Below, one piece after another: positions 49,148 to 59,450 of a stretch of DNA of 64,000 bases. Made by a program: the position numbers and the translations under genes. The stretch covers positions 5,829 through 69,828 of the forward strand of contig JAAYXB010000075.1 in assembly GCA_012516125.1 (NCBI GenBank), read 5' to 3'. Every line of letters begins with the position of its first letter. Positions within the stretch are counted from its first letter, which is position 1. A model generated the notes under the pieces. It ran no database searches, was not told the origin of the DNA, and was given only the letters and a program-made list of their open reading frames with translations. This DNA is from Bacillota bacterium (GTDB lineage: Bacteria; Bacillota; SHA-98; UBA4971).

Positions 49148-50272
49148 TCACAGCAGGCCTATATCCAGCTTGAGCCTGATAACCACAAGCCTCAGGATCT
49201 GCTTTGCGATGTCTGACTCGGCAGCTGCGAGGGCCAGCGGAACCAGCGCCGCGATGATGAGCAGGACAAGGTAGCCCGTCCTCATGCGCCCCCTGTAAAG
49301 CTTGCTCACGCCCTTCGCGTCCACGAGCAGCGACCCTACCTTGAGGCGAGTCAGGAACGTGGACGCCATTCCGGGGCGACCCTTGTCGAGGAATTCCTCC
49401 ACGCTGGTGTGCGCGCCGACGGCCACGATAAGCTCGGCGCCGTTTTCGTAGGCGAGGAGCATCGCCAGGTCCTCGCTGGTGCCGGGAGCAGGACAGGCAA
49501 TGGCATCGAGGCCGAGGCGCCTGACCCGCTCGAGGCCAGGGGCTCTGCCGTCTGGGTAGGCATGGACCACAAGCTCGTTCCCGCGCCGCAACGCTTCATC
49601 GGAGACGCTGTCCATGTCGCCCACGATGATGTCGGGGGAAAACCCGATCTCAAGGAGGGCGTCCGCGGCGCCGTCCACCGCAACGAGCGCGGGACGCACT
49701 TCCTCAATGTAAGACCTTATGGCGCGGAGGTCTTCCCTGTAATCCCTGCCCCGCGCCACTACAAGCGCATGCCTCCCTGAAATCCTGGTGCGGAGCGGCG
49801 GAAAGGGGAGATTGCCAAGGATCGCCGACTTTTCCCGCCGCGCATACTCGATGGTGTTCGAGACGAACGCATCGAGCTCGCGCGCAAGACCCTGTCGCGC
49901 GCGCCCGAGTTCACGCTCGAGCGACGCCAGCGTCTGGACCCGCCCTGTGCTCACCACCTTTCCGCGCCTTATTATGGCGTTCCCCTCTAGCTCGATGACG
50001 TCACCGTCCCGCACAAGGTCCGTAACCTGGGGACCAACCTCGTCAAGGACGTAGATCCCGGCGCGGCACAGCGTGAGGGGGCCGGGGTTGGGGTACCTGC
50101 CGCTTATGGACTTGCGCGCGTTTACGACAGCCCGCACCCCTGCTCGAACAAGGGACTCGCAAGCCACAAGGTCGATGTCCTCGTGGTCGACGACGGCGAT
50201 CTCCCCCGGGCGCAGGCGCGGCAGGAGGTTTTTCGTCTTTCGGTCCACCCTGGCGATGCCTCTGTACCTCAC
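49148..50272 (-). CDS. steA: SteA-family protein (thiamine pyrophosphokinase-like)
   Basis: DRKTKNL, DHEDID, SGRYPN, VDGAAD, GDMDS, DKGRPGMASTFLTRLKVG. Confidence 0.88.
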   Translation of the reverse strand: MRYRGIARVDRKTKNLLPRLRPGEIAVVDHEDIDLVACESLVRAGVRAVVNARKSISGRYPNPGPLTLCRAGIYVLDEVGPQVTDLVRDGDVIELEGNAIIRRGKVVSTGRVQTLASLERELGRARQGLARELDAFVSNTIEYARREKSAILGNLPFPPLRTRISGRHALVVARGRDYREDLRAIRSYIEEVRPALVAVDGAADALLEIGFSPDIIVGDMDSVSDEALRRGNELVVHAYPDGRAPGLERVRRLGLDAIACPAPGTSEDLAMLLAYENGAELIVAVGAHTSVEEFLDKGRPGMASTFLTRLKVGSLLVDAKGVSKLYRGRMRTGYLVLLIIAALVPLALAAAESDIAKQILRLVVIRLKLDIGLL

Positions 50273-50404
50273 GTGGACGCCCTCCGCGAACCCCCTGCTA
50301 CCTCCTCCTCTCGTGCAATAGTATACTGAACCCCGGAACATATCATTCCGGGGCTGTCCTACTACGACTCTTGGGAGCCAACTACTGGTATCGGTGCCAA
50401 CGGG

Positions 50405-51184
50405 TCAACTCGCTCGCATTTCCAGGCGCAGCTTATCGGCGACCCGGGCGATGAAGGCGGAGTTGGTGGGCTTTCCTTTTTCGCTGCTCACTGTGTGCCC
50501 GAAAACGCTGTTCAGAAACTCGATGTTCCCTCGTGTCCACGCGATTTCAATGGCGTGGCGAATGGCACGCTCCACTCGGGGAGGCGTGGTATCGAACTTC
50601 TGCGCTACCCTCGGGTACAGCTCTTTCGTGACCCCGTTCAGGAGGCCAACCTCATTGACCACCATGATGATGGCTTCCCTGAGGTACATGTAACCTCTGA
50701 TGTTCGCCGGAATCCCCATCTCGTGGATGATCCGGGTCACTTCGGTATTCAGATCACGCAGGACTTCATCCGGACCCGCCTTCCTCTTCCTGACAACCCC
50801 GCCGCTCTGAGCGACCTGCCGGATTCTCTGGGCCAGCGTCTCCATGTCGAACGGCTTCAGTATGTAGTAGTCGGCGCCAAGCTCGATGATGCTCTGAGTC
50901 ATGTGCTCTTGCCCAATGGCGGTAAGCATCACGAACCTCGGCCGCCTGGGGATATCTTGCTTTGCAAGCCGCTCGAGCACCCCGATACCGTCGAGGTGCG
51001 GCATGATGATGTCAAGGATCACCACGTCGGGGCTGGTGGTAGATATGCCTTCGAGAGCTTCCAGGCCGTCATAGGCAACTCCGACCACTTCCATGTCAGG
51101 CTGGGCGTTGATGAATTCCTTAAGGACCTCGCACAGTTCGTGGTTGTCGTCGACTATAAGAACGCGTGTCCGACCAGAAGCCAT
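50405..51184 (-). CDS. spo0A: Sporulation master regulator Spo0A
   Basis: Receiver domain [10 protein letters not shown]; [31 protein letters not shown]. Confidence 0.98.
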   Translation of the reverse strand: MASGRTRVLIVDDNHELCEVLKEFINAQPDMEVVGVAYDGLEALEGISTTSPDVVILDIIMPHLDGIGVLERLAKQDIPRRPRFVMLTAIGQEHMTQSIIELGADYYILKPFDMETLAQRIRQVAQSGGVVRKRKAGPDEVLRDLNTEVTRIIHEMGIPANIRGYMYLREAIIMVVNEVGLLNGVTKELYPRVAQKFDTTPPRVERAIRHAIEIAWTRGNIEFLNSVFGHTVSSEKGKPTNSAFIARVADKLRLEMRAS

Positions 51185-51248
51185 AGGACCACCTCATCCA
51201 CACGCTGCCAAATGATGGTATCCTAGCCTCTCCTGCTGATGTTTTAGG

Positions 51249-51273
51249 ATTCTACGCCTCCGGATGAAGTCCT
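51249..51273 (-). promoter_or_regulatory. sigH-type promoter of spo0A
   Basis: AGGA-N17-GAAT on the minus strand. Confidence 0.65.
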
Positions 51274-51304
51274 GCCCCCCTCGTGCAGAAAACCCCATCC
51301 CCGC

Positions 51305-52948
51305 TTATGCAGCACGGGGGGCAGGAATACGCTCCGGCGCAGGTACGCGCTGCGCCGAAGGCCCAGGCGCGGCGACCGCCGCCTCCGACCTCGACTCCTG
51401 CATAAACAGGCCCGCTTCCCTCGCAAGCCACTCCGCCAGCACACCGTAGCCCCGGGTCTGGTCCGACACGAACACGTGCGTCAGCACGCCCGCCAGCTTG
51501 CCGTCCTTGACGATGGGGCTACCCGACATGCCCTGGACGATCCCACCTGTTAGCGCAAGAAGCCTGGGGTCCACGACCCGTATCACCAGGCCCTTGATTT
51601 GCGGGGTCGCCTGCCTCGCCACGCGCTGGATCTCCACGCGGAACCTCTCGACCCGGCTATCCTCGACCACCGTGTAGAGGTCGGCGTAGCCCGGGGTCAC
51701 CTCCTCAGCCATGGCGATAGGGATCGCCTCGCTAAAGTAAGGGTTCCTCGGGACCTTCGTAAGCGTGCCGAATATACCGAACTTCGTGTTTCGCTCTATG
51801 GTGCCAATGACGTCCTGTTCGCCGCTGAAACTCCCCACCTTCTCGCCTGGCTGGCCGCGGCCGCCGTGGTGGATGCCGAGGATGTGCGCCTGCACGATCC
51901 TGCCTCTTGTGACATCCACTTCTCTATTGGTGGCAGCGTCAGTTATCACGTGCCCAAGGGCGCAATACACCCGGGACTCTGGCTCATAGAACGACAGCGT
52001 CCCCACGCCGGCCGCGTTCTCGCGAACCCAGATGCCAATCTTATACTGTACCTGCCCTCTCTGGCGCGAGAGGCCGAAGGTGTCTTCCGCCTCTACTTCC
52101 ACAGGCCTTACGTGGACGGTGAACGCCCTCGAGTCGCGCAGAATCTTGATTTCGACGGGCTTTCCGCTTCTTCCGGCAAGGTCGATAGCCCGCTCCACCT
52201 CAGCCTTGTTCTCGACGGCCTCGCCGTTGATGCTAACGATGACGTCGCCCACCTCGATCCCGGCTTCCCGCGCGGGATAGCGGCGCCTGCCGTCGGTCCC
52301 GGCCACCGGGTAATGCCCCACGACTACGACGCCCCTAGCCGACAGCAGCACCCCGATGGCGTGCCCACCCGGGATGACCTTCACCTCCGGGACCACGCTC
52401 ACCAGGAGACGCTTAACCGGGATCATATCCAGAAGCCTCACCTCGAGGTTTGTGTCGCCCTGAGCGAGCGGCACAAGCCTCACTCCCGCCCCGCGCCTGC
52501 CCGGCACGCCCGCGGCGCCCGAGGGCACCGTGTCCATACGCACGAGCTCCGCCCCTGTCAGCCGGAACTTCACGTCCAGCGGCACCCGGACCCAGAGATC
52601 CTTTGTGGAGCCTTCGAGGATAGTGATCCTGTCGGGCAGACTCCCGAAAGTGAGGCAGTATGCGATGGCACATCCCAGAACCGCGAGCAGGATAGCGAAA
52701 CGAACCTTTGGCCCCGATGGCCTGCCTCGCCGCCCTCCCGGCCCTCTGTGGGCGTGGTTGCCACCACGGGTCCCGGTGCTGCGAGCGTCGGTCGTGCCGT
52801 TGCCTACGACGCTACTGCCGATACTGCTCGCAGCGTTGTTGTCGCAGCTTGCGTGCCTGTCCTTATCTCGTGCGCTGGCGCCCGGAAAGTCCAACTCGTG
52901 GCTACCCCCGGCATGACACATGTCGCAGGCGCCCCAAGTCGCAATCAA
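51305..52948 (-). CDS. spoIVB: SpoIVB peptidase S55 (start uncertain)
   Basis: VIPGGHAIGV, PDZ, GIWVRE...AGVGTL, ALGHVITD, TGGIVQGMSGSPI. Confidence 0.96.
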   Translation of the reverse strand: MIATWGACDMCHAGGSHELDFPGASARDKDRHASCDNNAASSIGSSVVGNGTTDARSTGTRGGNHAHRGPGGRRGRPSGPKVRFAILLAVLGCAIAYCLTFGSLPDRITILEGSTKDLWVRVPLDVKFRLTGAELVRMDTVPSGAAGVPGRRGAGVRLVPLAQGDTNLEVRLLDMIPVKRLLVSVVPEVKVIPGGHAIGVLLSARGVVVVGHYPVAGTDGRRRYPAREAGIEVGDVIVSINGEAVENKAEVERAIDLAGRSGKPVEIKILRDSRAFTVHVRPVEVEAEDTFGLSRQRGQVQYKIGIWVRENAAGVGTLSFYEPESRVYCALGHVITDAATNREVDVTRGRIVQAHILGIHHGGRGQPGEKVGSFSGEQDVIGTIERNTKFGIFGTLTKVPRNPYFSEAIPIAMAEEVTPGYADLYTVVEDSRVERFRVEIQRVARQATPQIKGLVIRVVDPRLLALTGGIVQGMSGSPIVKDGKLAGVLTHVFVSDQTRGYGVLAEWLAREAGLFMQESRSEAAVAAPGPSAQRVPAPERIPAPRAA

Positions 52949-53144
52949 GGAGGCACGTTTCGCGCGCCTCCTTGACCTGCGATTACGCCTGCAAGATTAC
53001 CCTGCCCGGGAGCCTGGTTTTTATGCCCCTAAAACTTTGCATGTCATGTTTGCGGCTGTCAGGTGGAGGGTAGCGATCACCTCTCAGGCAGCGACGTCCA
53101 CGAGAAGCAATGACATGGTGATCGCCGGTCTCGGTGACCAGCGG

Positions 53145-54536
53145 TTACGCATTGGCGTGTCGCACGAGGCGGGCGATGAAAAAGCCATCCATGGCATGGA
53201 TGTGAGGAAATGTCTCAACGTAAGGCAGGCCCTGATCAGGGAAAGCCTGCGAAAACTCGCGGGGCAGATAGGGCCTTACGGAGTCGACGGAGAAATCGGG
53301 GTGTTCTTCGAGGAACCTCTCAACGATCTGGGCGTTTTCCTCGGGTTCAATGCTGCACGTGCTGTAGACGATGACGCCTCCGGATTTCACTTGCGCTGCG
53401 GCAGCAGCTAGGAGATCGGCTTGGGTCCTGGTAAGGTCGGCGATGTCCTGGGGCTTCCTGCGCCACCTGAGGTCAGGCCGGCGCCTCAGCACACCCGTGC
53501 CGGTGCACGGCGGATCCACGAGGGCTCTGTCGAAGGGGCGGGATATGATGTCGCCGTCTCCGGAAAGGAGACGCGTAGCGTCTCGGACGACGGTCGTGAT
53601 GGAGTGAATGCCAAGCCTTTTCGCGTTTTGTTCAAGCAGCTTTATCCTGTGCCCATGCACATCGACGGCCACGATCTCGCCCCGATCACCCATGCGTTCG
53701 GCCATGTGCGTGGTCTTGCCCCCCGGCGCGGCGGCAAGATCGAGCAGCCGCTCGCCCGGGACAGGATCGAGCACGTAAGATACGAGCATGGAGCTTGGGT
53801 CCTGCACGAAAAACTCCCCGTCGTGGTAGGAGCGGTGGTCAAACAGGCCGCCGCCGTCGCGGATCTCGATGGCCTCGGGAACGTGCGGCGACGGGCGCGC
53901 CTCGACGCCTGCGGCGGAAAGCTCGTCGAGGAGCCTCTCGCGGGAGGTCTTGAGCGTGTTCGCCCGGATCGTAACAGGGGGGTCCTCGTTATTTGCCGCG
54001 CACAAGCGCGCTGTCTCATCGAAGCCGAACCGCCCGAGCCACCGCGAGACCATCCACTCCGGGTGTGAGTACTTCAGCGCGATGTGGTCCACGGGCCGCG
54101 CGGCCGCATCGGGGAAAACAGCCTTACCAGGCTCCCGAACCAGCGCCCGCAGAACGGCGTTCACAAAGGCGGCGGCGCCCGCGTGCCCGAATGCGCGGGC
54201 GATTTCCACCGACTCGCTCACAGCGGCGGGCGCGGGGATCTGTGCAAGGTAAAGGACCTGGTACGCACCGAGCCGGAGAGCATTGCGCACGACCGGGTCC
54301 ATCCTTTCGATGGGCCGCGCAGCGAAGGCCCCGATCACATGGTCGAGCGCCTTGCGCATCTTCGTCACGCCATATACGAGCTCGGTCGCAAGAGCACGAT
54401 CGCGCTCCGAAAGGCGCGCGTGCCTCAGAGCGCGATCTCTTGCAATTGCAGCGTACGCTCCTTTTTCGTCGATTTCAATCAGTGCCCGCAGGGCGGCCCC
54501 GCGAGCGCCGCCCGGCATGTCCACGAGGGAAACCAT
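53145..54536 (-). CDS. rsmB: 16S rRNA m5C967 methyltransferase
   Basis: NusB-like N-terminus, YSHPEW, QD, AAPGGKT, DPPCTGTG, YSTCS. Confidence 0.96.
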   Translation of the reverse strand: MVSLVDMPGGARGAALRALIEIDEKGAYAAIARDRALRHARLSERDRALATELVYGVTKMRKALDHVIGAFAARPIERMDPVVRNALRLGAYQVLYLAQIPAPAAVSESVEIARAFGHAGAAAFVNAVLRALVREPGKAVFPDAAARPVDHIALKYSHPEWMVSRWLGRFGFDETARLCAANNEDPPVTIRANTLKTSRERLLDELSAAGVEARPSPHVPEAIEIRDGGGLFDHRSYHDGEFFVQDPSSMLVSYVLDPVPGERLLDLAAAPGGKTTHMAERMGDRGEIVAVDVHGHRIKLLEQNAKRLGIHSITTVVRDATRLLSGDGDIISRPFDRALVDPPCTGTGVLRRRPDLRWRRKPQDIADLTRTQADLLAAAAAQVKSGGVIVYSTCSIEPEENAQIVERFLEEHPDFSVDSVRPYLPREFSQAFPDQGLPYVETFPHIHAMDGFFIARLVRHANA

Positions 54537-54538
54537 CC

Positions 54539-55234
54539 CTAATCCCGGCGGCTGCCCCGGAGGATGAGGAGCCGCAGAAGTTGCGTCACCGCGACCGCGG
54601 TGGCCGCAAGGTAGGTCATTCCGGCGGCGCTCAGCACCTGGCTGGCGTGGCGGAGCTCATCGGTCGTCATGTACCCGCCACGCTCCAGGAGCGCCAGCGC
54701 CCTCCTGCTCGCGTCGTACTCAACCGGAAGCGTCACGATGGAGAACGCAACGGCGCCGACGAAGAGCCAGATCCCCAGGGTCATCAGCCATTCGAGGCCG
54801 GTCCCCGCGAAGATGAAGCCTATGAGGAACAGCGGGAACGCGAGGTTCGAGCCAAACGTCGCCACCGGCACGAGGCTTGTACGGATGGCGAGCGGGACAT
54901 AGCCGTTCGCGTGCTGTATGGCGTGACCGGCTTCGTGCGCTGCGACGCCGAGCGCAGCGAGTGAGCTGCCCCTGTACACCTCGGGCGACAGGCGAAGGAC
55001 CTTTGCCCGCGGGTCATAATGGTCCTGCAGCCTCCCTGGAATCTGTTCGATTCGCACAGAGCTGAGCCCGCTGCCATCGAGGATGTGCCGGGCTACCTCG
55101 GCTCCGCTCACACCGCTACGTGCCCTTACCCTCGAGTAGGTGTTGAACACGCTCTGCACCCTGCTCTGCGCCCACAGGGCGAACAGCATCGCAGGGAATA
55201 TCAGAATGTAAGTTGGGTCCCAGAAAAACATCAT
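54539..55234 (-). CDS. Neutral zinc metallopeptidase (YugP-like)
   Basis: DHYDP, AAHEAGHAIQ, TLPVEYDASRRA. Confidence 0.93.
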   Translation of the reverse strand: MMFFWDPTYILIFPAMLFALWAQSRVQSVFNTYSRVRARSGVSGAEVARHILDGSGLSSVRIEQIPGRLQDHYDPRAKVLRLSPEVYRGSSLAALGVAAHEAGHAIQHANGYVPLAIRTSLVPVATFGSNLAFPLFLIGFIFAGTGLEWLMTLGIWLFVGAVAFSIVTLPVEYDASRRALALLERGGYMTTDELRHASQVLSAAGMTYLAATAVAVTQLLRLLILRGSRRD

Positions 55235-55388
55235 CCAGCCCTCCTTGGACATCGCTGCTTAGTTTGACCGCATGAGACCGGTGTCGCTTTTTCAAGCGCC
55301 CAACATTCGTTACGGAATCGTCCTTCGTACCTAATTATAATCGACCAGGCGCCCGGATTAAACCCACTTCCGCCTCGTGTCGAGTTCG

Positions 55389-55550
55389 GAGTTCGCTGCC
55401 GCCTTCCCAGGGACTGCCGGTGTTGCAGCCCGGATGCCCACTCCCAGAGCCAGGATGGGTCTCGCGGAGCATCTCAACAAAACTCGGGCACCGGCAGCCC
55501 GAAACACAATGCTGGTCCCAAAAGCGCCGCGGATTCCGGGCAACGAACTC
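55389..55550 (-). repeat. Dispersed repeat, long-loop variant with terminal inverted repeats
   Basis: Ends GAGTTCGCTGCC / GGCAACGAACTC (11 of 12 complementary); stem CTGCCGGTG...CACCGGCAG with TTGCA as in the family. Confidence 0.65.
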
Positions 55551-56505
55551 AGTTCCCCAAAACCGTCCCCGGCTTCGCAGGGTGGCCGCGGAAGTAGTCG
55601 GCGGCCGACATGCGCCTGCCGCCCTCTGCCTGAACCTCCAGGACCAGGTAAGAGCCCTCGCCCGCTTTCACCAGAAGGCCCTCCGGCGTCGCCCGGCACA
55701 CCATCCCCGGTGGACCGCAGGAGTCAGCGGTATCGATGGCCTCGTCAATGGGCCGTCCTCTGAAGATCTTCAGGAGCACGCCATCAAACCTCGTGAACGC
55801 TCCAGGCCTGGGATTCCCGGCCCTCACTAGATTGTGGATGGCACGCGCAGGTTGCGACCAGTCGATCTCGAATTCCTCCGGTCTCACCCGGGGCGCGCGC
55901 GTCGCGGTCGCATCGTCCTGCCGGATCCTCGGCGCCTCGCCCGACTCAATGAGCGCGAGTGTCTTTGCGAGAAGCCTCGCGCCCCTCTCGGCAAGTTCCT
56001 TGCGAAGTTCCCCCGCGGTCACATCTTCGCCGATAGGGACCTTCTCCTGGAGGACGATGTCCCCCGTGTCCCAGCCCTCAGCCATGTACATCGTAGTTAC
56101 GCCGGTTACGCGCTCGCCCGCCATGATGGCACGCTCGATGGGCGCGGCTCCCCGGTACCTGGGGAGGAGCGAGGCATGCACGTTGATGCACCCGTGCTTC
56201 GGGATCCTCAGGACCTCCGGCGGGAGGAGGAGGCCATACGCCACCACTACGATGACATCGGGCGCCGCTTCCCTGAGAGCCGCAAGAACGCGCTCGTCCT
56301 TCAACGTTTCAGGAGTGAGCACCCGAAGCCCGCGCGACTCCGCAAACTCCTTCACGGGTGTCGGCATAAGCCGCCTGCCGCGTCTCCTCGCCCTGTCGGG
56401 CTGCGTGAGCACGCACGCAACAGTATGGCCTGCCTCGAGGACCGCCTCGAGCGACGGTACGGCGAATTCCGGGCTTCCCATAAAGACGACGACCATGTCA
56501 CTCAT
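55549..56505 (-). CDS. fmt: Methionyl-tRNA formyltransferase
   Basis: FMGSPEFA, VVAYG, INVHASLLPRYRGAAPI, DTGD. Confidence 0.97.
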   Translation of the reverse strand: MSDMVVVFMGSPEFAVPSLEAVLEAGHTVACVLTQPDRARRRGRRLMPTPVKEFAESRGLRVLTPETLKDERVLAALREAAPDVIVVVAYGLLLPPEVLRIPKHGCINVHASLLPRYRGAAPIERAIMAGERVTGVTTMYMAEGWDTGDIVLQEKVPIGEDVTAGELRKELAERGARLLAKTLALIESGEAPRIRQDDATATRAPRVRPEEFEIDWSQPARAIHNLVRAGNPRPGAFTRFDGVLLKIFRGRPIDEAIDTADSCGPPGMVCRATPEGLLVKAGEGSYLVLEVQAEGGRRMSAADYFRGHPAKPGTVLGN

Positions 56506-56962
56506 CCGCCTGCTCTTCCACGATATTGGTGGCCTTATCGGTGAAGAGGATGCCATCCAGATGGTCTATCTCGTGCTGGAGCGCCCTCGCGAGAAGCCCC
56601 TCGCCCTCGATGCGTCGCACTCCCTGGCCGTTACGGCCGAGGGCTTCCACGGTCACCCTGTCCGCACGGACCACCTCGCCGGTTACTCCTGGAAGCGATA
56701 GGCATCCCTCACGCGCCGCAGCCTCTCCAGCGCTCCTCACGATGCGGGGGTTGAAGAGCACCATCGGGCCATCACCGACATCCACCACGATGAGCCTGAC
56801 CGGTATGCCGACCTGAGGGGCGGCAAGCCCCACGCCGTCGGCGGCGTACATAGTCTCCAGCATGTTGTCCACGAGGGTCAGCATCTCTTTCGTGATCCTC
56901 TTGAGAGGAAAGGACTGCTTCCTGAGGATGGGATCCCCGAATTTGCGTATCTCCAGGACCAG
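56498..56962 (-). CDS. def: Peptide deformylase (probable CTG start)
   Basis: GVGLAAPQ, EGCLS, QHEIDHLDG; conserved LEIRKFGDPILR lies upstream of the first ATG. Confidence 0.96.
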   Translation of the reverse strand: MVLEIRKFGDPILRKQSFPLKRITKEMLTLVDNMLETMYAADGVGLAAPQVGIPVRLIVVDVGDGPMVLFNPRIVRSAGEAAAREGCLSLPGVTGEVVRADRVTVEALGRNGQGVRRIEGEGLLARALQHEIDHLDGILFTDKATNIVEEQADE

Positions 56963-57020
56963 TTCGTCCCCCTCCCTCCTGTTCGTAAGCTGGTCACAAG
57001 AACTCGCTGCCGTTGCGCCA

Positions 57021-59327
57021 CTAAAGGACGCTCTCGGGATCGACGTCCACCTGAACCATTATACCACGGGGAGGAGCGGGGCACACCGCAAGTCCCCTGC
57101 GGACGACAGCGGTCGCGCTCTCCACCGGGGCGCCTTTCAAGAGCACCTGCCACCTGTAGAGCCGTCTTACCCGCCTCATGGCGCAGGGCGAAGGCCCCAG
57201 CACGCGCACACCTGCAGGCGCGTCCCCAGGTCCCGGCGCCTCCCAGGGCCCTGGCTCTCCCGCCGACGGCGATGCGTCACACTCTCTTGCGGCGACGCGC
57301 AGCGCCGCGCCGAGGCTTATGGCATACCGCTCGACGTCCCGCGGGTCCTCGCCGGACACGACCACCAGCACAAGGTGCGCGAACGGAGGGTACAGGAGAT
57401 CACGCCGGGCGCGGATCTCCTCCTCGTAGAACCCGAGGTAGTCGTGGTTCTTTGCACGCTGCACGGCATAGTGATCCGGCGCGTAGGTCTGGATGATGAC
57501 CCGGCCAGGCCTCTCGCCCCTGCCGGCTCGCCCCGCGGCCTGGGTGAGCAGCTGGAACGTCCGCTCGCCTGCCTTGTAGTCCGGAAGGTTGAGGCAGGTG
57601 TCGGCGCTCACCACCCCAACGAGGGTGACACGCGGAAAATCGTGGCCCTTGGCCACCATCTGGGTACCAACGAGGATGTCGTACTCCCCGCCACGAAACC
57701 TGTTCACTATGTTTTCGTGGGCCCTCTTCGTACGGGTGGTGTCCAGGTCCATCCGCACCACCCTTGCCTCCGGGAATACCCGCATGACCTCGCGCTCTAT
57801 CCTCTCCGTGCCCGCACCGAAGTACTTGATGTAACTGCTGCCGCACTTCGGACAGGTGTCGGGCACGGCCTCGTCGTGGTCGCAGTAGTGACAGCGCATC
57901 CGCCCCTCCTCGGCGTGATACGTCAGGGCCACGTCGCACTCGGGACAGCGCAGGGCATGTCCGCATTCTCGGCACAGCACGAACGTGGAGTGGCCGCGCC
58001 GGTTGAGGAAGAGTATCACCTGCTCGCGCCGGGCGAGGCGCTCACGTATAGCCCTTGCAAGCGCCCTCGAGAAAATGCTCCTGTTTCCGCGCGCAAGCTC
58101 CTCGCGCATGTCCACGACTTCCACGGAAGGCAGAGGGCGCATCTCCACGCGCGTGGTCATGGCGATATAGTCGTACTCGCCCGTCCTCGCCCGGTAGAAC
58201 GACTCCACCGACGGCGTCGCCGACCCGAGCACGCACAGGCACCCCGCGACCCTCGCGCGCTCGCAGGCCACTTCCCGAGCATGGTATCTCGGGGACTCCT
58301 CCTGCTTGTACGAGTTTTCGTGCTCTTCGTCGACGACGACGAGACCCAGGTTCCGGGCCGGCGCAAACACCGCCGATCGCGCCCCCACGACGACCCTGGC
58401 TTCGCCTCGCTCCACCCTCCGCCATTCGTCGTACCTCTCGCCCGCTGAGAGGCGGCTGTGAAGGAGCGCCACTCGGCCGCCGAACCTCTCGCGGAAGGTC
58501 CTTGCAAGCTGCGGCGTCAGCGCTATCTCCGGGACGAGCACGATGGCCGACCTGCCGCGGGCAAGCACGGCCTCTATTGCGCGCATGTAAACCTCCGTCT
58601 TGCCGCTGGCAGTCACGCCGTGGAGCAGGATGGGCTTTGGGCCGTGCACATCCATGGCTGCGAGGATGGCCGACACGGCTCTATCCTGGTCTGCGGTCAG
58701 GCGGATCGGTGTCCGGCCGCCCTGCGGCGGGTGCGGCGGGGTCCCGCTGAGCGGGCTCCGCATGACCTCGACCTTTCTCGAGGCGAGGATCCCCTTGCGG
58801 ATGAGGGCGCGGACCGCGTCAGGGCTTGTCCGGATAACGGGGTCAGGGCCACCGACGCGCAGGACGGGCGACCTCTGGCCGAGGAGAGCGCGGACGATCT
58901 CTGCCTGGCGGGGCGCGCGCCTCTCCGCCTCAGCCACAAAGGCCTTGGCTTCCTCGGACGATACCGCCAGCTCAACGAAGGCTTGCGTTTTCGCGCTGGC
59001 CTTCCTCTGGCGGACGGCAGCCGGAAACATCTGGGCGAACGCCTCGGCGGGCAGGCATAGGTAACGCGCTGTCATCCACGTCGCGAGGGCCATCATATCG
59101 TCCGAAAGCGGCGCCACTTCCGACGCCACCTCGAGGATGTCCTTGACCTTCTCCACGTCCGGCGTCTCCACGAACCCCACGACGTAGCCGACGAGCCTAC
59201 GGCCGCCGAAGGGCACAACGACGGCGCTCCCTACCTTCACGCTTCCCCGCAAGGGTTCGGGAACCCCGTAGTGGAACGGCTTCGCTGCCTTCGCAGTCGG
59301 AACATCCACGACTACCTCTGCGAACAA
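57021..59327 (-). CDS. priA: Primosomal protein N'
   Basis: GVTASGKTEVY, PEIALT, DEEH, NRRG, Cys-rich Zn region, QAAGRAGR. Confidence 0.97.
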   Translation of the reverse strand: MFAEVVVDVPTAKAAKPFHYGVPEPLRGSVKVGSAVVVPFGGRRLVGYVVGFVETPDVEKVKDILEVASEVAPLSDDMMALATWMTARYLCLPAEAFAQMFPAAVRQRKASAKTQAFVELAVSSEEAKAFVAEAERRAPRQAEIVRALLGQRSPVLRVGGPDPVIRTSPDAVRALIRKGILASRKVEVMRSPLSGTPPHPPQGGRTPIRLTADQDRAVSAILAAMDVHGPKPILLHGVTASGKTEVYMRAIEAVLARGRSAIVLVPEIALTPQLARTFRERFGGRVALLHSRLSAGERYDEWRRVERGEARVVVGARSAVFAPARNLGLVVVDEEHENSYKQEESPRYHAREVACERARVAGCLCVLGSATPSVESFYRARTGEYDYIAMTTRVEMRPLPSVEVVDMREELARGNRSIFSRALARAIRERLARREQVILFLNRRGHSTFVLCRECGHALRCPECDVALTYHAEEGRMRCHYCDHDEAVPDTCPKCGSSYIKYFGAGTERIEREVMRVFPEARVVRMDLDTTRTKRAHENIVNRFRGGEYDILVGTQMVAKGHDFPRVTLVGVVSADTCLNLPDYKAGERTFQLLTQAAGRAGRGERPGRVIIQTYAPDHYAVQRAKNHDYLGFYEEEIRARRDLLYPPFAHLVLVVVSGEDPRDVERYAISLGAALRVAARECDASPSAGEPGPWEAPGPGDAPAGVRVLGPSPCAMRRVRRLYRWQVLLKGAPVESATAVVRRGLAVCPAPPRGIMVQVDVDPESVL

Positions 59328-59450
59328 GACACGGCCTCCCCGCGCAAGTGCTGTCCTACTTTTTCTACGCGAGGAAACAAAAACCTTCAGCTTCCAGCAC
59401 GAGTGCCCCGTCGGTTAATATGCGCCTGCGCCAGGATGTGTATCCCGGCC

